From a bacterium (lineage in GTDB: Bacteria; SM23-31), in assembly GCA_965249485.1 (NCBI GenBank), contig OZ252239.1, forward strand, positions 3,392,001 to 3,456,000: a stretch of DNA of 64,000 nt, read 5' to 3'. The translations under genes were made by a program, and so were the position numbers. The notes beneath the pieces are model-generated. The model made no database searches. It worked only from the letters and a program-made list of their open reading frames with translations, and was not told the origin of the DNA. Of the stretch, positions 54,679 through 64,000 are shown piece after piece (position 1 is the stretch's first letter; every line of letters starts with the position of its first letter).

Positions 54679-55125
54679 TCATTCCGATTTTTTCGGGATA
54701 TCGATCTCTACCCGGTCCAGGAGTCCCCGCAGACGTTTCACAAGCGTTTTAAAAATTCCCTCAATTATCTGAACATGATCTGTCAAAATATCGTAAAAAT
54801 CTTCCCGGTCAATCCGCAGCAGTTTCGACTCTTCGACACACGTTGCGGAAGAGACTCGGTGTTTTTCATCAAAAAGTGCCCATGTCCCAAATGCTCCTCC
54901 GGTGTTTGCAGTGGTTATTTCATCTTCATCTCTGTGGAGCTTCACCGATCCACTAAGGACAATATAGAGACTGTCGGCCGGATCATGTTCTTTATAGATA
55001 TCTTCACCCTTTATCAGGACTTCTTCTTCAGCGATGGCAGCAAGATATGCTAACTGCTCGGTCGGCACTTCCGAAAACACGTCGACATTTTGAAGGAAAA
55101 TGACCTTTTCAATCGTTGTAAGCAT
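54679..55125 (-). CDS. Cyclic-nucleotide-binding domain protein
   Basis: LTTIEKVIFLQNVDVF, LYIVLSG.V, FG.WALFD..RVSSA, LLRIDREDFYDIL. Confidence 0.9.
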   Translation of the reverse strand: MLTTIEKVIFLQNVDVFSEVPTEQLAYLAAIAEEEVLIKGEDIYKEHDPADSLYIVLSGSVKLHRDEDEITTANTGGAFGTWALFDEKHRVSSATCVEESKLLRIDREDFYDILTDHVQIIEGIFKTLVKRLRGLLDRVEIDIPKKSE

Positions 55126-55357
55126 TCGGTTACCTTTTTAAAATTCTTTTAAATTAAATAATGAAAGATTTGTTTTCCGTGAATAGTGCACCTCGTGAGA
55201 CTCTCCACATAATCAGTCTCTTTATCGGGGCGATGCATATATAAAGTATTACATTGCAATAAATTCTAGAATTGAAGTTGACTAAGCAATCTCAGCCATG
55301 AAACAATTCAAATAGTACACTTTTCAGTTTGAAAGAATTACACTTTTTCAAATCACT

Positions 55358-58100
55358 TCAACTATTCGTAATATTTAGTATGTATTGCGCGGTTTCCTTT
55401 ACAAACTCATGTTCGTCATGGGCAGCTTCCTGAACATAATGTCTCAGAGATTCCGGAATACCATTATCGTGTTCTTTAAGATAATAGATTGCGCAGGTTT
55501 TCAGCCATGTATTTGTTCCTGCAAGGAGGTATTCCAAAGATTCTTCTATCGTTATTTCATTCATTTCAAACATACTTCGCCCCTGACGAATTGCTATTTC
55601 ATCCGCATCTCTGTCGAGTATTGGAAACAAGTATTTCTTTTGGTCTTTACCTAAAACATTATCGAGAAATTCAATAGCACTGTCTCGAAGATTCTTTTTG
55701 CTGCTTGTTATTCCAAGATAGGCAAAAAAGATGTCATCAGGATGATATTTCAGTCCAAGCAGTCGAAAAATCTGCTCAAGATTCTGGTCAAGTGTCTCCT
55801 CAAGCGATTTTTTGAGTAATTGTCCCGCATCACTATTTCTTTCGTGGATGTGGAGAATCTGCAAGATTTCATAATATGTTTTTGTTTCAGCAATAAACGC
55901 ATCACTAATTTGCTGTTGATTGATGGGGATATCCGGAAATCTTGTATGAAGTTTATTGAGTGCTTTTATAATACGCTGCTTTAACAGAATATCATCCGTT
56001 GCAAGAGCACCGATAAGTACATTTACTGAATCTTGTGTTGGTATCATACTGAGAATTACAGGAATGTTATTTCGGATATTCAAAGGTATCGATCGATCCT
56101 CGAGATAATCAGACATTGTCCCGACTACACTCCTGCCATACGCAGCAAGCGCTTCTCTTGTTTCCTTGCGGAAACGCGCCTCGTAGTGAGCATGTCCATT
56201 AACAGAGGAATAAAATGACGGTCCTGAGTCCGGCCAATACTCAATATAGCCTCATTAACGACCTCGGAAGATTTATCATCAAGCAGGTTCTTCAAGTAGT
56301 CATAATACTGGCTGTCACTAAGATTTCCTATTGCCCTGGCAACATACTTTCTGCATATAATTCCTTGCTCATCTTTTACGGTTATCAACGTCTCGAACAG
56401 AGATCTGTCTACCAATTTTAGTTCTTCCGGTACCGCTGATTCGGACAGACATACAAGAGCTGTTGCTCTCAGCACTTGATCTGGCTGATCAAGATAAGTC
56501 TTCATCAGCATAGTCCGGTTATCATGTGCTGAGAAATATTGATAACGCATCGCTTCTAACCGAATGTCCGGATCGTTCTCCTTAAGTAGAATTTCAAAAT
56601 CATTTTGGAGGGTATCATTTTCACTGGATCTAAGTAAAGTCATTGCTCCAACTTTAACGTCGTGGGATGAATTCCTGAGGAGAGGAACAAGATGCTCAGT
56701 AAGATCTACAGTCCGAACTGATGAAAGCATATCAAGTGCATAAACAACCTGACGTTCATTGGTACTTTTGAGAGATTCCGTCAAAGCATTGACCGTTGAA
56801 GCTCCGGCAATATCTGATCTTAGTTCACTCAGGTCGATATCTCTGCGTTCGAGCGCTATTCGGAAAGCATTAATATACTCTTTTCAGATCAAAATGACGA
56901 AGAATAACCAAAGTGCAAGCAACGCAAGTACTACAAAACTAAGCTGACGAATAGAGAATCCAAATACAAGTGTAAAGAGCAGCAGCAATCCACCCGCTAT
57001 GCCGCGGAACCATCTGTCAACAATGACATCAATAAAGATTTTCGTCCTTTTTTTTAATATCCAACGGCACCGGCAGAAACAACAACTCACGCCCGGTTTT
57101 ATCGAGTGAGTATTTAAACACTCCATCCGATCCACGCAGCAGCACACCTGCGACAAGTCCCGGCATAATCAGCATTGTTGCTGAACCTAAAATGAGTCCT
57201 ATCGGCAAAAATGATATAATCCCGCCAACACCGAGAATCCTGAGCAAACGGTACGAAAAAAAGAGCTGTAGAGCCAGAGAAATTAAGCTGAGGCGTCCAT
57301 AAAACACACCAAAAAATGCTGTCCTTGCATCGTTATCAGTAAAGGCATCCTGCGTTATCCCTTTGAATTGAACATCAACAAATGATGCAGTAGCCATTGT
57401 CATCGCGATAATGCCGACGATAAGCGAAAGATGGCGAGAACTTTTGATCGCCCTGAATACTTGCATTATATTTTCTTTGGGCTCTTCATCACTTTCTTGC
57501 CGTTTTAACGCCCAAATGATGTTGACAAATAACAATACAGCACAAAAGCAATCCTACGCAGAAATAGAGCAGATTTTCTGTTTGCACGCCAAATGTTTTA
57601 ATCGCAAAACTGGTTACTTCTCCACCGGTGAACGCCCCAATGATCCCTCCAAGATTCAAAAAGACAAATAAGCGCTTTGCTTGTGTTGGAGAATAAATTG
57701 CATTTGCAAACAGCCAAAACTGCGAGGTCGCCAGCACACCGTAAATACTGACCCAGATATAGAATGAATACATTGCCCAGGTTGAACCGGTAGCGACTAT
57801 GGTCCGCATTCCCAGAAGCGATACAATCAGAAATACCAATGTCACATTTATGAGATTGTTTAACCTGAGTTTTCGGCTTGCAGCGGCATGCATCTGGTTG
57901 ACTGGAATGGCAACAATCGCAATGAGGATAAAAACAATTGGCAGCTGGGTCCATGGTATTTTTGCAAGAAACAATCCGTCACGGGCTGGCTTGAGAAAAT
58001 AGTATGTCACAAGTATCAGATAGATATAGCTGAACATGAAAAGCGAGATGAGAATCTCGCCTTTGCGGATATTAAAAAATTTTTCAAGTAGCCGGTACAC
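55358..58100 (-). pseudogene. Npt1/Npt2 (TLC ATP/ADP translocase-like) transporter fused to HEAT repeats; disrupted
   Basis: KPARDGLFL, SQFWLFAN..Y...QAKRLF, FKYSLDK..RELLFLPVP, then HEAT repeats. Five ORF pieces joined by frameshifts near 57535, 57050 and 56170 and an in-frame TGA at 56884-56886. Confidence 0.85.
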
Positions 58101-58116
58101 GATTTACTGAGCCTGC

Positions 58117-59340
58117 TTAATGAGTATTAATTATAATTTCGTCAATTTGTATAACGGAGTTTTCCGTCTCATCATTGATCCCATATACCTTTATTGTCAA
58201 CACATCACTTTTTACCGAAATCATGCAAAAGTTATATATTTTATATTGCGATGTATGCGCAATGTCAATATTGTTTTATCTATAGTAGTCCAGATAACGT
58301 GCGAGGGACTCATTATCAGCTATGTCACGCAATGGAACCCCACCGCCGCCTGACACAATAATATGCATTGTTTGATCAGAACCCGCAGTATCTCGATAAC
58401 GGAGAATATTTTTCTCATAAAAATGTTCATGGCCGCTCAACACCAATTTTACTCCAAAACGCTGCAGCAAATTGAGCAACTGAGACCGCTTTGAGGGGAG
58501 ATTGTAGCCCCACTCTGGTTTTTCCCAGTCCCCACGGTGAAAACCAAACGAAACGGGTGTGTGGTGCATCGCAACAATTTTAAATTTTTTATCAGTTGCA
58601 GCTAATACACGTTCCAGCCATGCAGGTTCTCTCGATTGCTCATTTGCGGCGATCCACTTTTGAAACATATCATCCTGGATAACATCGTCAATAAAACCAC
58701 CCTGATCAATAATTATATTGGAGTCGATTACAATTAGAATTGCATCCGGAAAATCCAATGTATAAAAACCCGGATAATCAAAAACCGTTTTGTAATTCGG
58801 ACTGCCGAAAGTCTTGTCATGAACATTATCATGATTACTGACAACCGGAGCCAAAGGAATATTATCAGGAAACGGATACTCTTTGATAAATTGTTTCCAA
58901 TGAGACGGTCGGCGCCCGTCCGTGACAAATTCACCGGCCAGTATAAAATCAGCTCCTGATTTTTCAATTTCTCTCAGCGCAGCCTTACTGACAAGAGTGC
59001 GCTGTTTCTCTCCATAATTGGAAGACTGGGATAAGTATTCGGCACCACCTAGAATGCCGTTACCAAGCAGGTAAAGATCGTAAAACGGAAAAAGAAGATG
59101 TTTCCACGTTAGCCAATTATCCCGATGTAGAAACCGTTCAACGAGTCTCCAGCCAGTACGCGAGTCGCCATAAAATAGAAAGGTTGGATTTTTGTCAACA
59201 ATTTCATTCAGGTTGACGGTATTTATGGTTATATCACCGTGGGATATATCATCTTCAAGAAGACCTTTTTGTGAGCAGCTGAAAAACATCAACAGAACCA
59301 ACAATATCGCTGTATTTTGTTTGGTCAGGAGAAGTAACAC
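58117..59340 (-). pseudogene. Calcineurin-like metallophosphoesterase lipoprotein with a premature TAA
   Basis: Lipobox FFSC; GDSR, SNHD, HH, SGHEH, SGGGG. After TAA at 58276-58278 the frame continues YNFCMISVKSDVLTIKVYG...IDEIIINTH* to 58117. Confidence 0.78.
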
Positions 59341-59356
59341 TCGAATCTGCTTTCTA

Positions 59357-61042
59357 CTATCTGCTTAAACCTTCAATGATATATCTGCTATTATCCGAAC
59401 GTAAAAAAACATGGACCGGTTTCGACCAACGGTCAAATTCCTGCCGTCTTGTTTGAATGGCAATTGACAAGTTTTGGGGAGAAGTGCTATCGTCGCCACT
59501 ACGGGATTGGTTTAGATCCGGAAGAGGAATTGCGGTATGATCGATTATCTGTTGATTTTGTTCTGTGCTACTACCATTAATGTGAACAGAATATCTATAA
59601 TGTCCCTTTTCTGCATAACCGTTATCTAAAGCAAGATCACGAAACAAAAGTTCCTGATTATTATTGCTGCTATTCCGGTGCTTAAATGAATCAAGGGGAT
59701 TTACTTTGTTAAACCAATAATTTCCTATGATGTCTCTTCGATCCTTCAGGACCTGCACAAGATACGCTGCCGCAGAATGGTCGGTATAACGGGCAGTCTG
59801 AACAGCTGCCGCAATTTGCTCATCGGTAAAGGAAACAACAAGTTTCGTACCCCATAATGCATCGCTGTCTGTCAAATTCTCGAATGCGGGATTCGGGAAA
59901 ATAAATTTATATTTCTGTGGTTGAAATAACTGTGATGAGATATTGCCGATAGATGGATACTGATTGTTGGAAAATTTTTCATAATCACGTACTTTTAGTC
60001 CTACTGATAAAGTTTTTTTGAACAGTTCTCCCGGATCGACCTGATTCTCATGCCCTATGTAGTTGGGTTTCGGTCCACTTGAAATGGTACCGAGCGTCGA
60101 TCCGAAATCAATTAAATAATGTTTGACATAGCTCCTTCCACCTTCCGTAACATAGGAATCGAATGTATTATTTGCTTTAGTATCGTAATGACTGAGCCAT
60201 GCAGCCATAACACGGAGTCCGCGGAGTTCTCTTCTGTGCTGGTGCTTTATCAGATCGTTTGGATCGTCTTTTCTGACACTCCGATATTTAAAAGGCCCAA
60301 GTGGTACTCCTTTGATAAATTTACTGGCGATAGCTCTAATATTTCCATCAGGCAAAATTGCAACACGTTGAAGAATCTCCTCAAGATCATCGTCGATCAT
60401 GGTTCTGGTTTTCCCATTTTCATCGATAAATCCTACATCATCAGCAAGTCTGAGATTCCGGGGATTAAAGTGGACAATGTAGTTCTCCGGAACATTGTAC
60501 CCGGCAGCATAAAATAATTTCGTCGAAATTATCTCCGCACCACTGACCAGCTCGGGATACTCGGGGGGATCAAATTTAATGACATACCTATTGCTCTTGC
60601 TGTCCCGTATCGTAAATCCGGGAGTTCTACCCTGGGCTTTCGCCTGAATAATTGTCCATTCACCCGATGTATCGGGTCCGTCAACCGAATCGGGTCCTTT
60701 CTTTATTTCATTTGAGGTCATCCGGTACATCGCGTTTCTGTTGGTAAACCATGATGAGTTATCTACTTCATCGAACGCGGTAATATTGACAGATTCTTTC
60801 GGAATATCAAAAATATTTCTGATATGACGGGAAATATCCAGAAAATGCTCCATCTTCATCATAAACTGCTTTTCAAATCCGTCAGCTAAAATATTTATTG
60901 ATTGGGATTTCGGCTGCGATATGTTGCTTGTATCATCACCAACACTGTCGGAATTTGTAAACGATTTTGGCCCACTGCAACCACTATTTATACACGTAGC
61001 CAATAAGAAAATAAAAACATATTTCGAGTTCAATCTATGCAT
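59357..61042 (-). CDS. Lipoprotein with atypical protein-kinase-like motifs
   Basis: Signal/lipobox INSGC; AQGRTPG, YVIKFD, GAE, HYDTKANN, YLIDFG. Confidence 0.72.
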   Translation of the reverse strand: MHRLNSKYVFIFLLATCINSGCSGPKSFTNSDSVGDDTSNISQPKSQSINILADGFEKQFMMKMEHFLDISRHIRNIFDIPKESVNITAFDEVDNSSWFTNRNAMYRMTSNEIKKGPDSVDGPDTSGEWTIIQAKAQGRTPGFTIRDSKSNRYVIKFDPPEYPELVSGAEIISTKLFYAAGYNVPENYIVHFNPRNLRLADDVGFIDENGKTRTMIDDDLEEILQRVAILPDGNIRAIASKFIKGVPLGPFKYRSVRKDDPNDLIKHQHRRELRGLRVMAAWLSHYDTKANNTFDSYVTEGGRSYVKHYLIDFGSTLGTISSGPKPNYIGHENQVDPGELFKKTLSVGLKVRDYEKFSNNQYPSIGNISSQLFQPQKYKFIFPNPAFENLTDSDALWGTKLVVSFTDEQIAAAVQTARYTDHSAAAYLVQVLKDRRDIIGNYWFNKVNPLDSFKHRNSSNNNQELLFRDLALDNGYAEKGHYRYSVHINGSSTEQNQQIIDHTAIPLPDLNQSRSGDDSTSPQNLSIAIQTRRQEFDRWSKPVHVFLRSDNSRYIIEGLSR

Positions 61043-61060
61043 GGGATTTTGAATGTCCGG

Positions 61061-62395
61061 TTAAAACTCCTGATTCAGATTGAGATAAAATCTCAATCCG
61101 TCTTTACTTTTTCCGAGAATCAGCTGGGCTGCGATACTATTTTCAGTCCATATATTAAAACCCCCACCATATCCATAGTGGAAATTATCGGCAGAAAAAT
61201 CATTGAAAATATTGTCGGCAACCTGCCCGGCATCTAAAAACAATACTGCATCGACTGGAGTCATGAGCGGATAACGATATTCGAGTGAACCCAATACCAT
61301 ATCATTGTCACGGAATCTCCCTCGTTTGAATCCTCGAATTGTTTCCTTATGACCAAGTTCGCTCAAATAATAAAACGGTATCTGCCTGTCAGCATACTGT
61401 TCGACAACTGCTCCGCTCACTCTGAGGATTAGAACACGCTCAAAAAACAGATTGAAGTACCGTTTGATATCAATCGATGCCCACCAAAATCCGTAGATAT
61501 CGTCGTCTGTCTGAGTATACACACCTAGCATGAACCGATCAATCCCTCCTGCCGTAGTGTGACCGGGATGATTTCGTGAGTCGTGTAGAATACTTAATCC
61601 GGCATTTGCTAACTCAATACTAGTCCGGAGACCGGGAAGCGATGCGCCGGAAAAAAGTGTGTTAGTTGATGGTGAATTGGTGTTTCTGCCGCTTAAAATG
61701 TTATTCTTTTCAATGCCCAGTTGAAACACAGCGGATGTATGTTCAGACATTGTCACTGAAAAAGCGGCATTAACACTCAATTGTTCTCGCGCATAGTTTG
61801 TCTCAGATTTTTCTTGCGTATCAGGTCCGACACCAAAAAATCTTTCATCCGAATACATCCTGTAGTTTATCATAAAATCGGCTGAGACGGCATTGTTAAA
61901 GAGATTGATTTGCTGTATGCCTGCCTGATACCGTTGTCGCCTTCTCAACCCTGCTGAAGCATTCAGCGTTACACGTTCACCGTATCCAAATGGGCCATTG
62001 TGAAAATATTTCACACCTGCTCCGCCACGCGATGAGTATACCGGAAAAAATGCCCAACTGCCGTCATCCGCTGTTAAAAAATCTTTTGTACGGGGTGCAA
62101 TTTTGGACTCATCAACAAACCAGATTGTTCCTTTTGTGACATCAAATAATAGATGTAATGTAAAGTAAATTACTTTCCCTGGTAAAGAGACAATCTGTTC
62201 CCATAATTCATCTTGGCTGTTTGATTGCTGTTGCGTATTGCCGGATTCCTTTTTAACAGCAGAGTTTGTATAAATTTCATCGTTTGACTGTATCCCGCAG
62301 TTTCCGGGCGAGGTTGTCCCCAATGTAGCAAGAGCAATAATCGCCGCAGCAGCAAAATTTTGCAGCACTTTATGAAAATCAATTGAATGTGTCAT
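61061..62395 (-). CDS. Omp85/BamA-TamA family outer-membrane beta-barrel (no evident POTRA domains)
   Basis: Signal peptide; LG...IRGFKRGRFRD (VRGF/Y motif), LEYRYP, FLDAG, GYGGG, C-terminal Phe. Confidence 0.87.
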   Translation of the reverse strand: MTHSIDFHKVLQNFAAAAIIALATLGTTSPGNCGIQSNDEIYTNSAVKKESGNTQQQSNSQDELWEQIVSLPGKVIYFTLHLLFDVTKGTIWFVDESKIAPRTKDFLTADDGSWAFFPVYSSRGGAGVKYFHNGPFGYGERVTLNASAGLRRRQRYQAGIQQINLFNNAVSADFMINYRMYSDERFFGVGPDTQEKSETNYAREQLSVNAAFSVTMSEHTSAVFQLGIEKNNILSGRNTNSPSTNTLFSGASLPGLRTSIELANAGLSILHDSRNHPGHTTAGGIDRFMLGVYTQTDDDIYGFWWASIDIKRYFNLFFERVLILRVSGAVVEQYADRQIPFYYLSELGHKETIRGFKRGRFRDNDMVLGSLEYRYPLMTPVDAVLFLDAGQVADNIFNDFSADNFHYGYGGGFNIWTENSIAAQLILGKSKDGLRFYLNLNQEF

Positions 62396-62700
62396 AGATA
62401 ACGGTATGCTCAGACAGGCAGAAAAATAGTCAAGAGCATGTAATAGAATTTATGGTTTCAATACTTAAATGCGTTTTTTAATAAAAGAAGCAAAAATATA
62501 GGCAAATATCATTTGTATGTCAATGATTTAAAAATTCAATCTTATACTATAAATGTCTTCATCAAATTCTGAATTATGCAATTTTTCATAGTATAGACAT
62601 TCAAGATGGTTTGAGCTTGACATTATCCATCTTTAACAATATGTTTAGTCATATGAGTTCCCCCTTAGTAAATCTTAGTGTCTCAACATTGAAACATACT

Positions 62701-63072
62701 GTGAAGAGTTTACTCTTTGTTATTGTGTTGTGTGCGGTAATCACTTCATGCTCAAGTGTATCCCAAAGTGGGTCGTCGGTTCAAATTCATCACAACGTAA
62801 TTCTCCGGGATGAAATCCTTCGAGGACGGACTATGAATGTTTTTGACCTCATTAGGACATTTCGGCCCCAATGGATGGGGAGCGGAAGGTTGAGCAGACA
62901 GAATGCACCTACTTTTTACATTGACGGAACGCAGGTTTTGTATTATGACACCATTTATCAAATGCCTGCCCGGAATGTGCTTATGATTGAATACGTCAGC
63001 CAATTTGATCCTTCGATAATTGGTGTTGACAGCCGCTACGGTGCGATTTTAATTACCCTCTTTAATCAGTAA
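62701..63072 (+). CDS. Small lipoprotein resembling a TonB-receptor plug domain
   Basis: GTG start, lipobox ITSC; DLI..RPQW, P.FYIDG, IEYV, GAILIT. Confidence 0.65.
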   Translation: MKSLLFVIVLCAVITSCSSVSQSGSSVQIHHNVILRDEILRGRTMNVFDLIRTFRPQWMGSGRLSRQNAPTFYIDGTQVLYYDTIYQMPARNVLMIEYVSQFDPSIIGVDSRYGAILITLFNQ

Positions 63073-63303
63073 TTCATATTTAATTTGTTTGATTGCTAAC
63101 CATTATATCAATCTTCAGAATTAACATCAGGTATTCTGCAGAATTCCATAATAATCGTTAATTTCTCCACATTATTCTCTTCAATTCAATTAAGAATAAA
63201 CTTTATGCCAACATACAAATTGAGCTTAAATGAACAAATCACACTGAAAAGAGACTTGTTAGTATGAATATATATTTGTATACTAATGCCAATTTTTGCA
63301 CAA

Positions 63304-63396
63304 GGGAGCGCATGCATGGCTGGTGCCGGTCACGGTCTTCAAAACCGATGGGTTCTGTTATGCAGGACTGGTGGGTTCGATTCCCACACGCTCCCG
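63304..63396 (+). tRNA. selC: tRNA-Sec (anticodon UCA)
   Basis: GGGAGCG/CGCTCCC acceptor, TGGT D-loop, CGGT-CTTCAAA-ACCG anticodon arm, long variable arm, GTGGG-TTCGATT-CCCAC T-arm, G73; CCA not encoded. Confidence 0.93.
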
Positions 63397-63472
63397 CTAA
63401 TTATTGAATAATTGTTCAAAACTTCACCTCCTTTTTCAATAATTTTCCAATTTATATCCAGAGGATTAATTA

Positions 63473-64000
63473 ATGTGGATTAAATATATTCCGGAAGACG
63501 ATGCAACCGGTCCTGTTAAGAAAGAGTATGATCTGGCAATTAAGCGTTCCGGACGCGTTGCACCTATTGTAAAGTGTATGAGTCTTAATCCATCAGTATT
63601 AAGTTCAAGCATGCGGTTCTACACAGCAGTAATGTATGGACCCTCTCAGTTATCCAGAATTCAGAGAGAACTGCTTGCGACCGTTGTTGCCGTCGAACTG
63701 CAATGCCTATTCTGAACTCAGGCACATGCTAACGATCTCCGTGCTGAGATCGAGAGGAAGTTCAATACTGAAGACGAAGCGGATTCATTTGTGCATACAA
63801 TTGTGAATGATTGGAAATCAGCGGAGCTCGATACCGTAGATAGGGTTCTCTGTGAATTTGCAGTTAAACTTACGTTTGCAAACCATGAAATCGCTGAAAA
63901 TGATATCCAAAAGCTTCGTGACAGTGGTCTTGATGATAAGACTATTCATGATGCGGTACAGGTAATCAGCTACTTTAACTATATTACCCGTGTTGCAGAT
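63473..64000 (+). CDS. AhpD/CMD-family peroxidase-related selenoprotein (CxxU), running off the window end
   Basis: LSRIQRELLATVV...CLF-TGA-TQAH, then an open frame to the window end (FAVKLT...LRDSGL...VISYFNYITRVAD). Confidence 0.9.
63733..63752 (+). promoter_or_regulatory. Bacterial SECIS-like hairpin
   Basis: CGATCTC-cgtgct-GAGATCG, starting 17 nt after the in-frame TGA at 63713-63715. Confidence 0.72.

Noticed and set aside
56884..56886. In-frame TGA as selenocysteine in the translocase gene
   Set aside because: The context LI*KEY is not a redox/Cys motif, I saw no convincing SECIS, and the gene has other lesions; a nonsense mutation is simpler.
58276..58278. Alternative genetic code or stop-codon reassignment
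   Set aside because: TAA, TAG and TGA all end normal genes elsewhere in the window; internal stops are confined to the decayed cluster and the one Sec codon.

Overview
Bacterial genomic DNA of about 40% GC from a diderm organism (Omp85 protein, lipoproteins). The gene content loosely recalls KSB1/FCB-type lineages, but that is only an impression. There are three zones. (1) ~1.2-31 kb is an accessory region. It opens with an att-like tRNA(Asn) 3' fragment and an IS1595-family element. A cassette-like string of mostly + strand single genes follows: seven divergent secreted M24-type peptidase paralogs, DoxX, aldo-keto reductase, Gfo/Idh/MocA, TPR, PQQ dehydrogenase-cytochrome c and M28 peptidase. 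Many junctions carry a degenerate, co-oriented ~45-58 bp motif whose core (CCCGAGGAG) matches the tRNA fragment. (2) ~31-51.5 kb is mostly housekeeping and regulatory: a sigma54 activator/thioredoxin/ECF sigma module, metF, ssb, fbp, comM, birA, selA, selB. (3) ~51.5-64 kb holds a broken PAS histidine kinase with a response regulator. It also holds a minus-strand cluster of Omp85, a lipoprotein with protein-kinase-like motifs, a metallophosphoesterase lipoprotein, an ATP/ADP-translocase-HEAT protein and a cNMP-binding protein. This is a candidate extracytoplasmic phosphorylation system, partly decayed here. The window ends with tRNA-Sec and an AhpD-like CxxU selenoprotein gene that the ORF track truncates at its UGA.
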